64,000 nucleotides of DNA from Patescibacteria group bacterium (GCA_043803385.1 JAZDKA010000009.1:3092-67091), one strand, 5' to 3'. Shown: positions 47,036 to 57,268, numbered from the stretch's first letter. A program made the numbers and translations. Notes: a model not told the origin generated them from the sequence alone.

Positions 47036-47668
47036 ATGTTTGGAATAGAAAAAAAGGAATTGAAAATTTTAAAAAAACTGAAAACTCCGAGAAAAATCCA
47101 GGACTTCATAAACAAAATCAGGATTAATTTTGAGGAGGACGGAGACACCAACTTGTCCCCAATGTCGGTTTTGGAAAAAAATACCTGCCATTGTTTGGAA
47201 GGAGCGGTTTTGGCGGCGCTGGCGCTCCGGGTAAATGGCTATCCAGCGCTCCTTATTGACCTCAAGGCGAACGATTACGACCATGACCATGTGGTAGCTG
47301 TTTTCAAGAAGCATAGCAAGTGGGGAGCAATATCAAAGACCAATCACGCAACTTTGCGCTACCGGGATCCGATTTACAATTCCATCCGGGAACTAGCAAT
47401 GAGTTATTTCCATGAGTATTACGACGAATACGGGGACAAAAATATGAGAAGCTATTCGGTTCCGGTAAATCTTAAGATATTCGATAAAAAAGGATGGATG
47501 GCAACCAAGGAAGAAGTCGGCTATATCTCGAAATATCTCGACAAAGTGAAACATTTCCCAATCCTGGGCAGGAAGCAAATTGCAAATTTGCGCAAAGCCG
47601 ACAAGATCCAGCTCAAAACGGATAAAATCGTAGAATGGAAATCGAAAAAGGGGCAGTGGTATTTATAA
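47036..47668 (+). CDS. Putative transglutaminase-like/papain-fold cysteine peptidase
   Basis: NTCHCLEGAVLAALAL (Cys), DHDHVVAV (His/Asp) arrangement; tentative. Confidence 0.3.
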   Translation: MFGIEKKELKILKKLKTPRKIQDFINKIRINFEEDGDTNLSPMSVLEKNTCHCLEGAVLAALALRVNGYPALLIDLKANDYDHDHVVAVFKKHSKWGAISKTNHATLRYRDPIYNSIRELAMSYFHEYYDEYGDKNMRSYSVPVNLKIFDKKGWMATKEEVGYISKYLDKVKHFPILGRKQIANLRKADKIQLKTDKIVEWKSKKGQWYL

Positions 47669-47801
47669 TTAACTGTGCCATTATATTTTGAAATAATATA
47701 AATTTTAAAAACATCCAAATTCCCGGGTGTTTTTTGTTTGACAAAACTGGCTAGTGGATGTATTCTAAGCTGTTGTTTAAAAAACGAGAGGAGGGTTTGA
47801 A

Positions 47802-48542
47802 ATGGAAGAATATAACATTGGCCCTAAAGAGTCTAGGGCGACAGTTTCATCGACGGGAGGAATCGCGACGCGTTTTGCCGTCGAGGGGAGAAATGTTTTT
47901 TATCCTTGGCGAATGATTGGAAACAAGTCGCGCGGCGGTTGTCCGATATGCGCTCCTTGGTTCGGTTCCTCTCCGCGAGGACTGAAAAAGCACGGATTTT
48001 TAAGGGATATGGAGTCGGAAGCTGGATCTATAGGCAGAAATGAAGTAAAATTTTCTTTTCGCCACGGGCAAATGCAGGGTTATCCCTGGAGCATGAGGTA
48101 CGAAACCGGAGCAAAAGTCAGCGAGGACGGCGTACTGACGATGTCTCTTGGTATTAGGCGCCTTGACGACGGGATTGACGGAAAGGCCTCCGTTCTTCCC
48201 GGATTCCATCCGTACCTTGAAGGAGATTCCTCGGAAGCGGAAGTTTATGTGGGAAGCAAAGAGTTCAAAGGCTTTGCGGAAGAATCAAGAATGATCCCGC
48301 TTACGAACCGGTTGATAACGATTGTTATCCCGGGCCCAAGCGAAAGGATCATTAAAATGGAGCTAGGCGGAGATTTCTTCCGATACGGTCAGCCCCAGAT
48401 GGTTTTCTGGAGCGATTCTCCCAGAGAATACTTCTGCGTCGAGCCGATCCTGTATGCAAAGGATCTCTTCGACACTCCGAAGGGGTATGGTCTTGAAAAG
48501 AACCAGGAAATGAATCTCTCGGTGTCGTTCAAGGTCATATGA
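47802..48542 (+). CDS. Aldose 1-epimerase (mutarotase)-family protein, GC-rich gene
   Basis: KKHGFLRD and GFHPYL motifs. Markedly higher GC than neighbours. Confidence 0.55.
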   Translation: MEEYNIGPKESRATVSSTGGIATRFAVEGRNVFYPWRMIGNKSRGGCPICAPWFGSSPRGLKKHGFLRDMESEAGSIGRNEVKFSFRHGQMQGYPWSMRYETGAKVSEDGVLTMSLGIRRLDDGIDGKASVLPGFHPYLEGDSSEAEVYVGSKEFKGFAEESRMIPLTNRLITIVIPGPSERIIKMELGGDFFRYGQPQMVFWSDSPREYFCVEPILYAKDLFDTPKGYGLEKNQEMNLSVSFKVI

Positions 48543-48678
48543 ACGGCGCAAAAAGAAGGTACGATTTAACCACTAATATAGCAATTCATCGCAATTGCTT
48601 GAGGTGGTTTTTTTATTTGATTTTAGACTAGTTTGAGAATAGAATTGAAAGGTAAGCAATAATTAAACAAGTAAATCT

Positions 48679-49218
48679 ATGAAAAATCCATTAGAATCGC
48701 CAATAGAAAGAAATGAAAATCCTCAATTAATTCAGATGAAAGAATTAGTTGATTTTTCCAAGAAAAATAATATTAGTAGTGAAGAGTTGAATGCTGCTTA
48801 TGAAATGGCGCTTGATTCCTTGACAGAAGAAGCGGATATTGAAAATCCTGTCCGTAAAGAAGTAGTTGCTTTAGCAAAAAAGATGGATGATTTTATGCGA
48901 AATGGGCTTCCAGCGAATAGGATTGCGGAGCTAATTGGCACAAAAAGAACCTATGAGTTATCTGAAGAAACTTACTATGCAATGGTTGATAATATGCAAA
49001 TTAACGAAAAGGGAAAAAAGGTGTTGAGATCTATTGTTGATAAAAAGAGAGCAGGAACGCTAACAATTATAGATCCGCAAACTCTGGAAGAACTCAATGA
49101 AGTTGTTGTTTCCAAGGATATCACTAGCAGTTATTCCCAGAATGACATAGCAGCGATTCTTTTAATACATCTGGCAAAGTTTAGAGATAAGAAAATTGAA
49201 ATAGTTTTTTCCGAGTAG
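48679..49218 (+). CDS. Hypothetical protein
   Basis: 179-aa ORF with no motifs. Ends at module C. Confidence 0.3.
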   Translation: MKNPLESPIERNENPQLIQMKELVDFSKKNNISSEELNAAYEMALDSLTEEADIENPVRKEVVALAKKMDDFMRNGLPANRIAELIGTKRTYELSEETYYAMVDNMQINEKGKKVLRSIVDKKRAGTLTIIDPQTLEELNEVVVSKDITSSYSQNDIAAILLIHLAKFRDKKIEIVFSE

Positions 49219-49225
49219 GGGCGGA

Positions 49226-49278
49226 GGTTATCCACAGGCGAAGGGTTGCAATAGTGTTGATAAGTGATATAATATCAC
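49226..49278 (+). promoter_or_regulatory. Conserved promoter/operator module, copy C
   Basis: GTTATCCACAG, TTGCAA, 16 nt, GTGATATAATATCAC. Confidence 0.6.
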
Positions 49279-49300
49279 TGTAAGTCATAATAAAACAAAA

Positions 49301-50467
49301 ATGAACGCGATATTAAAGAAAAAACAATTAGGGCAATTTTTCACCAAAAATGCAGAATATATTCTGAAAAATTTAGGTAAATATATAAAAGGGAAAAATG
49401 CCGTTGATCCTTTCGCTGGTAACGGGGATTTAATAGAATGGGCGAAAGAAAATGATGCGAAAACCATTAAAGGTTTCGATATTGATTCCAGATACATTGA
49501 TAACAAAAAAGTTTTCAAGAATGACAGTATAAAAAATGTCAAAAAATATAACTTTGTGATAACTAATCCTCCTTATTTGAATGTGAATAAGGCGAATAAG
49601 GAAATCAAAAAAGAGTATTTTGGAAGCAATGACTTTGAAGATTTATATCATATTTCCTTGAATTCGATAATGAATAGTGAGGAGGGGATAGCTATTGTTC
49701 CAATTAATTTCCTATCAGCTCAAAATTCAAAAAAAATCAGAAATATATTCTTTTCCAAATTTAGAATAGTCGAGATGAATTATTTCAAACATCAAGTTTT
49801 TCCAGATACTACTTATAATGTGATAGCTTTTTATTATCGGAAAAAAGACAATGCTTTCGACAATGGTTTTACAATCAAAACTCACATTTATCCAGAAGGA
49901 AAAAAGATTGACATAGAATTATGTAAAAATCATGATTGGTCAATTGGCGGGAAAATTTTTAAATTAATAAAAAATCAAAAGAATTTTTTGGGCGTGAAAA
50001 GACTTACAGAAAAAGATATAGCAAGTAAAAAGGGAAATATTAAAATCAAAGCAGCTTATAATCATGTTAAATGCAAAAAGGAATTCGCTGTTTCGAAAGA
50101 TATTTATGATGCTATAAAATCTAATATCATATTGTTAAAAGCGATAGATAGCGGTTCAGAAAAAGGAAAAATTGCCCTAGAAAATATTCGGGAATACGGA
50201 GTCGATTGTTTGGTGAGTAAAGAAACATCGAGGCATATGATTTATTTAGTGCTGGAAAATAAAATTTCTATTTCCGATCAAAAGAATATCATCAATTCTT
50301 TTAACAAGGAGATTAATAAATTACGCGAAGATTATCTCTCTCTTTTCCTTACTAATTATAGAGATAAAGATAGGAAAAGAATCAGTTTCGATTTCGTTTA
50401 TAAGTTTATTAATTATTTATATTTTAACAGCTTAAATTATGCTAAAAGACAATCAGTATTACTTTAA
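49301..50467 (+). CDS. Gamma-class N6-adenine DNA methyltransferase (TaqI-like) with C-terminal target-recognition domain
   Basis: GQFFTK (motif X), DPFAGNG (motif I), ITNPPY (motif IV). Confidence 0.85.
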   Translation: MNAILKKKQLGQFFTKNAEYILKNLGKYIKGKNAVDPFAGNGDLIEWAKENDAKTIKGFDIDSRYIDNKKVFKNDSIKNVKKYNFVITNPPYLNVNKANKEIKKEYFGSNDFEDLYHISLNSIMNSEEGIAIVPINFLSAQNSKKIRNIFFSKFRIVEMNYFKHQVFPDTTYNVIAFYYRKKDNAFDNGFTIKTHIYPEGKKIDIELCKNHDWSIGGKIFKLIKNQKNFLGVKRLTEKDIASKKGNIKIKAAYNHVKCKKEFAVSKDIYDAIKSNIILLKAIDSGSEKGKIALENIREYGVDCLVSKETSRHMIYLVLENKISISDQKNIINSFNKEINKLREDYLSLFLTNYRDKDRKRISFDFVYKFINYLYFNSLNYAKRQSVLL

Positions 50468-51347
50468 ATATTCATTGAATCATCCTGAGCCAATTTGGGA
50501 TGAGTACTTTTATCCCTTTCTGGAGTCAATAGTAAAAAAGAAAGAATATAAAAATATTCTAGATCTTGAAGATTATATCTCAAAAATGAGTAGCAAATTG
50601 ACAAATAAAGAAATTAAGAAGCTACTGGGCTTGCTTAAATGCAAAGGATGTGAAAAATCATACTTTGCTTTCTTTTTAAGAACATGTGATTTGAGTGTTG
50701 CAGAAATTACTGATCAGAAATATTACGACTCATCAGAACGCATTAATGCTACACGAAAAGCATTAGGAATTTACAAAAAGGAAAGAGGTACACCCAAAAC
50801 TGATAAATGTTCATTGCAAGCATATAACGATGCGCAAACTGCCAAAAGACGTAGTGACGCAGGAGAAAAGAAGGTAATTAAATTATCTGGATTGTCAATG
50901 GCATCAGATTTGTCTGGCTTGGACAATAAAATAGCAAAAATTAGTAAAGGTAGCGGAAAATTTAAAATCAAAGCCATTAAAAAATTATTTGGAATAAAAT
51001 TCAAGTTTAGCAAAAAAGACAAAGTGCCAGACTGCATTTTTAAGATAAAAGATAGAGTTTTCATACTTGAGGCCAAGCATGTAAATGGGCAAGGTGGCGC
51101 ACAAAATTCATCAATTAGTGAGTTGGTATCTATATTGGAACTCAAAGAAAAAAATCCTAAAATATTTTATATTGCTTTTCTAGACGGGTGTTATACAAAA
51201 TATTTAACTGTTTCCAAGTCTAATAAAGACGGAACGATGCCTGAAAAACAACTCTATAGAATTGAAAAAACTTTAAATAAAAATGAGAGCAATTACTTTT
51301 TGAATACAGCAGGATTCGTTCAGTTCATGAAAGATTTAAAAAAATAA
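50439..51347 (+). CDS. Putative type II restriction endonuclease (PD-ExK)
   Basis: PDCIFKIKDRVFILEAK = PD-x12-E-A-K. Overlaps methyltransferase stop. Confidence 0.5.
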   Translation: MLKDNQYYFKYSLNHPEPIWDEYFYPFLESIVKKKEYKNILDLEDYISKMSSKLTNKEIKKLLGLLKCKGCEKSYFAFFLRTCDLSVAEITDQKYYDSSERINATRKALGIYKKERGTPKTDKCSLQAYNDAQTAKRRSDAGEKKVIKLSGLSMASDLSGLDNKIAKISKGSGKFKIKAIKKLFGIKFKFSKKDKVPDCIFKIKDRVFILEAKHVNGQGGAQNSSISELVSILELKEKNPKIFYIAFLDGCYTKYLTVSKSNKDGTMPEKQLYRIEKTLNKNESNYFLNTAGFVQFMKDLKK

Positions 51348-51418
51348 TCTGAGAGCATGAAATAAAGAAAAATCCGGAAAAAGCGTTTGGGAGAATAATA
51401 AAATTTTTGAAGTAAGAC

Positions 51419-51793
51419 ATGAAAATTATTTTAGGAATCTGTACTATTTTAGGTGCAATAGGCGCAATAGCATATTTTAATTATTTGCTAGCAATTATTA
51501 AATGGTGGCCGAGTGGATGGCTCGTATCATTGTTTTTGGTTTTCACTATTATGTACCAGAAGAGGTTAGGATATTATAGAAAGAAATATGGACCAAATAA
51601 CGATAGAAAAGTAATAAATTTTGGCGGCAGAAAGACCTATCTTCTCGAGGATGATAAATATCTTAGATGGATTAAAAATGAAAAGACTTTTTTTGAACTT
51701 GGTTATGACTGGGAAAGTGTAATTCATTCTAGTAAAGAAAACAAAGATAGATATACCGAGCTCAATCCAATTTCCATTTGTTATTTCAAATAA
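51419..51793 (+). CDS. Hypothetical membrane protein
   Basis: Two TM helices. Preceded by repeat module R1. Confidence 0.3.
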   Translation: MKIILGICTILGAIGAIAYFNYLLAIIKWWPSGWLVSLFLVFTIMYQKRLGYYRKKYGPNNDRKVINFGGRKTYLLEDDKYLRWIKNEKTFFELGYDWESVIHSSKENKDRYTELNPISICYFK

Positions 51794-52026
51794 TTAATTT
51801 TAATTTAAAAAGAGATGATCTTGAAAGGCTCAAAAATTTATTTGTAAATTGTAAACAATTGATTGCGTACATGACAAAGTTATCCCAAAATCATCCTTTT
51901 ATAATCGCGGCTCGGAGGTTGGACACTATCTCTAATTCGCCCCAGAAGTACAGCGAAGCTGACTACGGGGCAAGCGTGAATAGGAGAATATGGAAAATAA
52001 GTAAGCAATTAATTGCGTACATAGTA

Positions 52027-52803
52027 ATGGAAAAACAAATCCTTAAAAAGAAGCTAATCTTAAAAATTGGAACTTCTACGCTTACGGCCGGTACGAATAG
52101 AATTTCATATGCAAAAATTGAAGATATCGCAAGACAAATAACCGTGCTTAAAGATGATTACGATGTTGTTTTAGTTTCTTCTGGTGCCATTGCGACTGCA
52201 AAACAATTCGTGGATATTACCGGTTGCAGTAAATACATAGATTCAAAACAAGCGATGGCTGCGATCGGACAGCCAAAATTGATGAAAATATATGACGAAA
52301 TTTTTAGTAGCTTTGGACTAAAAATTGCACAATGTCTGATGACTTACAGGGATTTTGAAAATGCGACAGCAAAAACAAACACTAAAAATACGGTTAGCAA
52401 GCTCTTAGAATATAATTACATTCCTATCATTAATGAAAATGATACAGTAGCGGTTGAAGAAATAATTTTAGGCGACAATGATAAATTATCCGCTCTGGTG
52501 GCAATAATTTTCAATGCTGATTTGCTAGTTATTGCTTCTGATATCAATGGGCTTTATGACCAAAACCCGCATCTTAATAAAGAAGCAAGACTTGTTCGGG
52601 AAGTAACAAATTTAAAACAAGCCAAGTCATTTACTCAAGAAAAAAAATCCAATCTGGGGACTGGGGGCATGACATCAAAAATCCAGGCTGCGGAGATCTG
52701 CAAGCAAAAACATGTTGAAATGTGGATTGTTAATGGCAGCAGAAATAATTTCTTAATTAATGCGCTTCATGGCAAAATATCCTTTACAAAATTTAGGCTA
52801 TAA
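52027..52803 (+). CDS. proB: Amino-acid kinase family protein, glutamate 5-kinase-like
   Basis: KKLILKIGTSTL, VVLVSSGAIA, DNDKLSALVA, GTGGMTSKI. Likely start MEKQIL at 52027 (track ORF from 51778 spans repeat modules). Confidence 0.65.
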   Translation: MEKQILKKKLILKIGTSTLTAGTNRISYAKIEDIARQITVLKDDYDVVLVSSGAIATAKQFVDITGCSKYIDSKQAMAAIGQPKLMKIYDEIFSSFGLKIAQCLMTYRDFENATAKTNTKNTVSKLLEYNYIPIINENDTVAVEEIILGDNDKLSALVAIIFNADLLVIASDINGLYDQNPHLNKEARLVREVTNLKQAKSFTQEKKSNLGTGGMTSKIQAAEICKQKHVEMWIVNGSRNNFLINALHGKISFTKFRL

Positions 52804-52935
52804 TCTATATCGAGGTCGAACCTCGATATAGTAGAACCATTGATTACTATCTCTAATTCGCACGAATAGGAGAATAAGGAAATAAGTCCCAGTTAAATAT
52901 GGCAAAGGCCATTTAACGGGATAAATAATTTCAAA

Positions 52936-53457
52936 ATGATTTTGAAAGGCGGGAAAATTTATTTGCAAGAAGGGTTAAGGGAGGAAGATTATCCTTTGAT
53001 TTTAAAAGGCTATACGGATTTGAGCGTGATTGGATTTGTGTGCTTTGCTAAAGAGTCAATTAAACTCAAAACAGTTGAAGAGACAAGAAGATTTTTTCAT
53101 GAAATTGAATCAGAAATTGTTTTTGGGATTTATGATTTGGAAGACAAATTTATTGGGTATACATCACTTGAAAAGATGAAAAATGGGGAATATGAATTCG
53201 GAATTTTAATTTTGGATAAAAATTGTTGGAACAAGGGAATTGGAGCGGAGGCAACGAGGTTGACCCTAGATTATGCTTTTAATAATCTTGGATTAAGCCG
53301 AGTGTTTTTGAATGTCAGTGAATATCATAAAAAAGCTATGGAGCTTTATGAAAACCTGGGTTTTAAAAAATTTAATTTAATTCCCAATGACCGGGAAATT
53401 TTTCTGGACGAAAAATGGCTTCCCAGCGGAACGGTGGAAATGGAATTAAATAAGTAA
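52936..53457 (+). CDS. GNAT-family N-acetyltransferase
   Basis: WNKGIGAEA...LGLSRVFLNV...AMELYENLGF. Confidence 0.75.
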   Translation: MILKGGKIYLQEGLREEDYPLILKGYTDLSVIGFVCFAKESIKLKTVEETRRFFHEIESEIVFGIYDLEDKFIGYTSLEKMKNGEYEFGILILDKNCWNKGIGAEATRLTLDYAFNNLGLSRVFLNVSEYHKKAMELYENLGFKKFNLIPNDREIFLDEKWLPSGTVEMELNK

Positions 53458-53543
53458 TTAAAATAACCCCAGCTAAATAATGCGGATATTTAACAGGGTA
53501 AAAATCCTGTGTGAATAATCCGGATATTCAACAGGGTAAAAAT

Positions 53544-54197
53544 ATGAAAAATATCTTGCGACCGGCTAAAACAAAAATAATTATTCATCTCCTTTTGTCT
53601 CTCTGTTTTATTTTGGCAGTTATTTTTTTGCCAATAAGCGGATTTGGCAAAGTTTTTTCCGAATTTTCTTTCCTAAGGAAGATTTCAAGTTTTTTCATTA
53701 GCTGGCTTGCCAGTTTTATTATTTATTATCCTTTGACTTTTGGCATTGCATATATTATCGGCTCTATCAGGAATTCTCTTTATAACGCTAAAGAAATTAT
53801 TCTGGCTTTAGTTTTTATCGCTATCTTTAATCCTTTCACACTGGCTTTTGCCGTTTCCAACCTGATTCCTAAAAAAGCATTAGCTCCCGGCAACGCTGTA
53901 GAAAATAATATCCAGCCGGAATCGGTTTGCGGGCTTAGAATCAATGATTTTGCTGCCGGATCAAAGATGGAAGAAGCGGGAATCGGAAAAGGGGATATCA
54001 TAATGAAATTCAATGAAGCGGAATTAAAATCTATCCAGGACATATTCAACCAATTGGAGAAAAAGAGACCGGGAGACAAGGTTAGCCTGGAAACAGACAA
54101 AGGATTAAAAACAGTGGAACTGATAAGAAACACCAATAATCCCAATGCTCCGGCTCTGGGAGTTGTATTAGAACCAAGCTCCTGCAGAAATGATTAA
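53544..54197 (+). CDS. Polytopic membrane protein with C-terminal PDZ domain
   Basis: GIGKGDIIMKFNEAELKSIQD PDZ core. Start MKNILRP at 53544 after second copy of upstream motif. Confidence 0.5.
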   Translation: MKNILRPAKTKIIIHLLLSLCFILAVIFLPISGFGKVFSEFSFLRKISSFFISWLASFIIYYPLTFGIAYIIGSIRNSLYNAKEIILALVFIAIFNPFTLAFAVSNLIPKKALAPGNAVENNIQPESVCGLRINDFAAGSKMEEAGIGKGDIIMKFNEAELKSIQDIFNQLEKKRPGDKVSLETDKGLKTVELIRNTNNPNAPALGVVLEPSSCRND

Positions 54198-54243
54198 TAA
54201 ATAACCCCAATTAAATAACTCGGATATTTAACAAGGTAAAAAT

Positions 54244-55350
54244 ATGAAAAAAGAACTTGTTAAAAGAGACAGTTTAATTTTTATCTTAGCAATGGCGTTT
54301 TTTCTGGTCGGATGCGCCAAGAATAATCAAAAAAATGTTCCGGAAGATAAGGAAATTGGCAGCGCTAAAAATATTTCGAACCAAGAAAATGTTGCCAATG
54401 CGAATTCGAAATTCGGATTTTTGGTTGATGCCAGAGATCCCCAGGACGTTTTCGTTGCTGTCCAAAAAACTGGAGCCGCTTGGCTCCGTCCGCATGTCGG
54501 AAGTTTTATCTGGGGAGAGATAGAAAAATCACCGGGCAATCTTAATTTCAGCCAGACCGATGCGTTGGTCAAAAAAGCCCAGCAATACAATTTTAATCTT
54601 TTGATAACTATCTGGCCGTATGCTAGCTGGCAATATCAGGACGCGGGAAGCCGCAGCCGCTGCGATGTCGGCGAAGAAAGCGGTTTTTCGGAAGATTTGC
54701 CACGTTATCGCTGCAATCCTACCGATTGGAATTTTTACCAGAAATGGCTTTCATCGGCAGTGGAACGTTATGACGGAGATGGCCAGGATGATATGCCCGG
54801 GCTCGCTAAACCTATAAAATACTGGGAAATAGGAAACGAACCGGATTTAAAAGACCCAGGACTTACTTTTTATAAAGGAACCCCCCAGGATTATGCAGAG
54901 CTTTTGCAAAAAAGTTTTGAAAGCGTGAAAAAAGCTGATTCGGAGGCAAAAGTAGTCATTGCCGGCGCAGCCGGAACGAGTCCTGATTTTGCCAAATTTT
55001 GGAATGAATTTTTTGGAATTAAAGATATTGGAAATTATTTCGATATCGGCAACATCCATGCGATATCGGGCGGAAATAGGAAGGATTTAAATGTTTCCGA
55101 TTATCAAAGGTGGCTTTCAGAAAGAAATATCAAGAAGCCGGTTTGGGTAACCGAAGCTGAAGGGAAGATAAAATCTAAAAATGTCCAGGATAACGCCAAG
55201 GAATTAAATGATTTAGTTGATAGCGCGCTTAAAGCAGGGGCCGAAAAAATATTTTTTACCCACGCTTCATTAACCGGCGCTCAAGACCGATATAACCCTC
55301 AAGTTATCGTAAAAGAAGCGCAATATTACAAAAATATCATCCAGCAATAG
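54244..55350 (+). CDS. Lipoprotein glycoside hydrolase, clan GH-A (GH5-like)
   Basis: Lipobox LVGC. WEIGNEPD (acid/base NEP). VWVTEAEG (nucleophile). Confidence 0.55.
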   Translation: MKKELVKRDSLIFILAMAFFLVGCAKNNQKNVPEDKEIGSAKNISNQENVANANSKFGFLVDARDPQDVFVAVQKTGAAWLRPHVGSFIWGEIEKSPGNLNFSQTDALVKKAQQYNFNLLITIWPYASWQYQDAGSRSRCDVGEESGFSEDLPRYRCNPTDWNFYQKWLSSAVERYDGDGQDDMPGLAKPIKYWEIGNEPDLKDPGLTFYKGTPQDYAELLQKSFESVKKADSEAKVVIAGAAGTSPDFAKFWNEFFGIKDIGNYFDIGNIHAISGGNRKDLNVSDYQRWLSERNIKKPVWVTEAEGKIKSKNVQDNAKELNDLVDSALKAGAEKIFFTHASLTGAQDRYNPQVIVKEAQYYKNIIQQ

Positions 55351-55416
55351 ATTTTTAATTGGCGTTTTTGTATTTTTTATTGTATAATTTAAGGCATAAA
55401 AAATAAAAACAAAAAT

Positions 55417-56405
55417 ATGCCAGAAGAATTAAAGCCCAATGCGGCGCCTATTCCCAAAAAAACTTTAACTAATTTCCAGACAGTAGTCATTACCGTCGTA
55501 GTTTTTCTGGTTTTGCTGGGCAGCGTTTTTTTGGCGATATATATGGTTAAAAAATACCGGAATGTAGCCGGCATTTTAAAAAGTTCAACTAATTCTCAAA
55601 AAACCGCAACTCCAAGCTCGCCAGCTGTTGAGTTGCCGGCGCCGCCTGCGGAAGATCTTAGCAGCGAAGCCGCTCTTCCTGAAGAGCCAGCTTTAGTTCC
55701 GGAGCCAACGGTTCCAGCAGTAGGCACTTCAGTAATAAAAAAGCCGATTTGTATGTTAAAAGTTACTATTTTAGTGAAACCCCCGAAGTTGACCATGAAT
55801 TTACCGTTTATGTAGTTATCGGCAACAAAGGACAAGCCGAAGCCAGAAACTTTTTTTGGGAATGGTGGCCGACCAGCGCTGGAAGGGCATGCAAGGAAGA
55901 AGTAGATGTTATCTGGGCTGGAGGCGTCAGAACAGTAGAATGCGATTATACTTATTCAGACCATGCGAATTATTCCACTAAAGTCATTGTTGATTCAGAA
56001 TACGATGTAGACGAAAGCAATGAATATAATAATATTTCCACTAGGGTAGTGAATCCCATTCATGAAGAGGAAAAGCCCGATTTGTATGTTAGCGCACTCT
56101 CATTCAATCATAATCCAGTAATGGGAGAAGAATTTAGAGTCAGGATCACTATTAAAAATAGGGGCGGGGAGACTTCTGAACATTCTGACTGGGAATGGTG
56201 GGCGACTATCTCAGCCCCAGCCCCGGCTTGCGACGGCGAGATTGGCGGGCTGGACGCTGGTGAAAGCGATACCGTCAATTGTGACTATACTTATGGAGGC
56301 TGGGCGAACTATACCACCAAAGCTATTGTGGACAAGAATGATGATGTTAATGAAAGCAATGAAGGCAACAACACTTACACTAAAACCGTAATGCCAATCC
56401 ACTAA
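55417..56405 (+). CDS. TM-anchored protein with Pro/Ala-rich linker and two CARDB domains; apparent frameshift at A6 run near 55735
   Basis: ORFs 55417..55815 and 55749..56405 join into KKPDLYV... with a +1 shift at AAAAAAGCCG. The second CARDB repeat begins EEKPDLYVSAL. Confidence 0.5.
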
Positions 56406-56426
56406 ATAAAAAAGATTAAATAAACT

Positions 56427-56454
56427 AGGCCGGGAATCTTCCTGGCCTTTTTTC
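56427..56454 (+). terminator. Rho-independent terminator
   Basis: AGGCCGGGAATCTTCCTGGCCTTTTTT. Confidence 0.65.
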
Positions 56455-56541
56455 TTGAAATAGGAGAGAAAGGGGAGTAATATTGAAATATAAGGAAATA
56501 CTTATTTAAATAAGTATTTTAATACGTATTTTATTAATATT

Positions 56542-56721
56542 ATGGGCATTAGAAAAACGGGGGAGGAAAATATTAGAAAATTAACCAAAATCGGAACTAC
56601 TTCCTTGGGTCTCACGCTTCCAAAGGAGATAGTGAAAAGTCTCGGCTGGCGCGAAAAACAAAGAGTTAAGATTAAACGAATAAAAGGCGGATTAGTTATT
56701 AGAGATTATAGAAATAAATGA
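56542..56721 (+). CDS. SpoVT/AbrB (MazE-like swapped-hairpin) small protein, 59 aa. Not in the ORF track (below its size cutoff)
   Basis: LTKIGTTSLGLTLPKEIVKSLGWREKQRVKIKRIKGGLVI. Orphan (no adjacent toxin). Confidence 0.5.
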   Translation: MGIRKTGEENIRKLTKIGTTSLGLTLPKEIVKSLGWREKQRVKIKRIKGGLVIRDYRNK

Positions 56722-56725
56722 TTTT

Positions 56726-57268
56726 ATGATTAAATGGATATTGATCGTAGCGACAGTAATATTTTACGCAATTCGTTTTAGAGTTGGTGTGCTCAAGCGC
56801 GCTTCAAAAAATAAAATCAGTATTCCACTTTTTATCGGTGAAATATTGATAGTAATTTTAGTCGTAGTTCAACTTTCCGATATCGATCCGTTTAAATTCA
56901 AAGTGCCGCTCTTAGTTAATTATCTCGGACTTGCGTTGGCTTTAGCGGCAGCACTATTTGCTAGTATTGCTAGGATTTCTCTCAAAAAAAATTACGTTCC
57001 TGCTTCGGCTGCCAGTTTGCCGGAAAATTTAACTACTGGCGGAGTATATAAAATAGTCAGGCATCCTTCGTATCTGGGAACACTTTTGGCGCTGATCGGC
57101 TTTGAGCTGACGCTAAGCAGTTATTTTATTTTTATCGCCTTGATTTTCCTGGTCATAATTGTGAAACAGATTGAAAAAGAAGAAAAGATGCTAGCTGAAT
57201 ATTATAAGGATGAATGGCAGGTTTTCTCGAAAAGAACACCATATAAATTAATTCCGTTTATTTATTGA
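56726..57268 (+). CDS. Isoprenylcysteine carboxyl methyltransferase (ICMT)-family membrane methyltransferase
   Basis: GVYKIVRHPSYLGTLLALIG. Confidence 0.7.
   Translation: MIKWILIVATVIFYAIRFRVGVLKRASKNKISIPLFIGEILIVILVVVQLSDIDPFKFKVPLLVNYLGLALALAAALFASIARISLKKNYVPASAASLPENLTTGGVYKIVRHPSYLGTLLALIGFELTLSSYFIFIALIFLVIIVKQIEKEEKMLAEYYKDEWQVFSKRTPYKLIPFIY

Noticed and set aside
51778-52026. N-terminal 83 codons of track ORF 51778..52803 as part of proB
   Set aside because: Region consists of repeated non-coding modules (two 25-nt repeats, R4 module with hairpin insert). Kinase homology starts at MEKQIL (52027), which has an AGGAGA SD.
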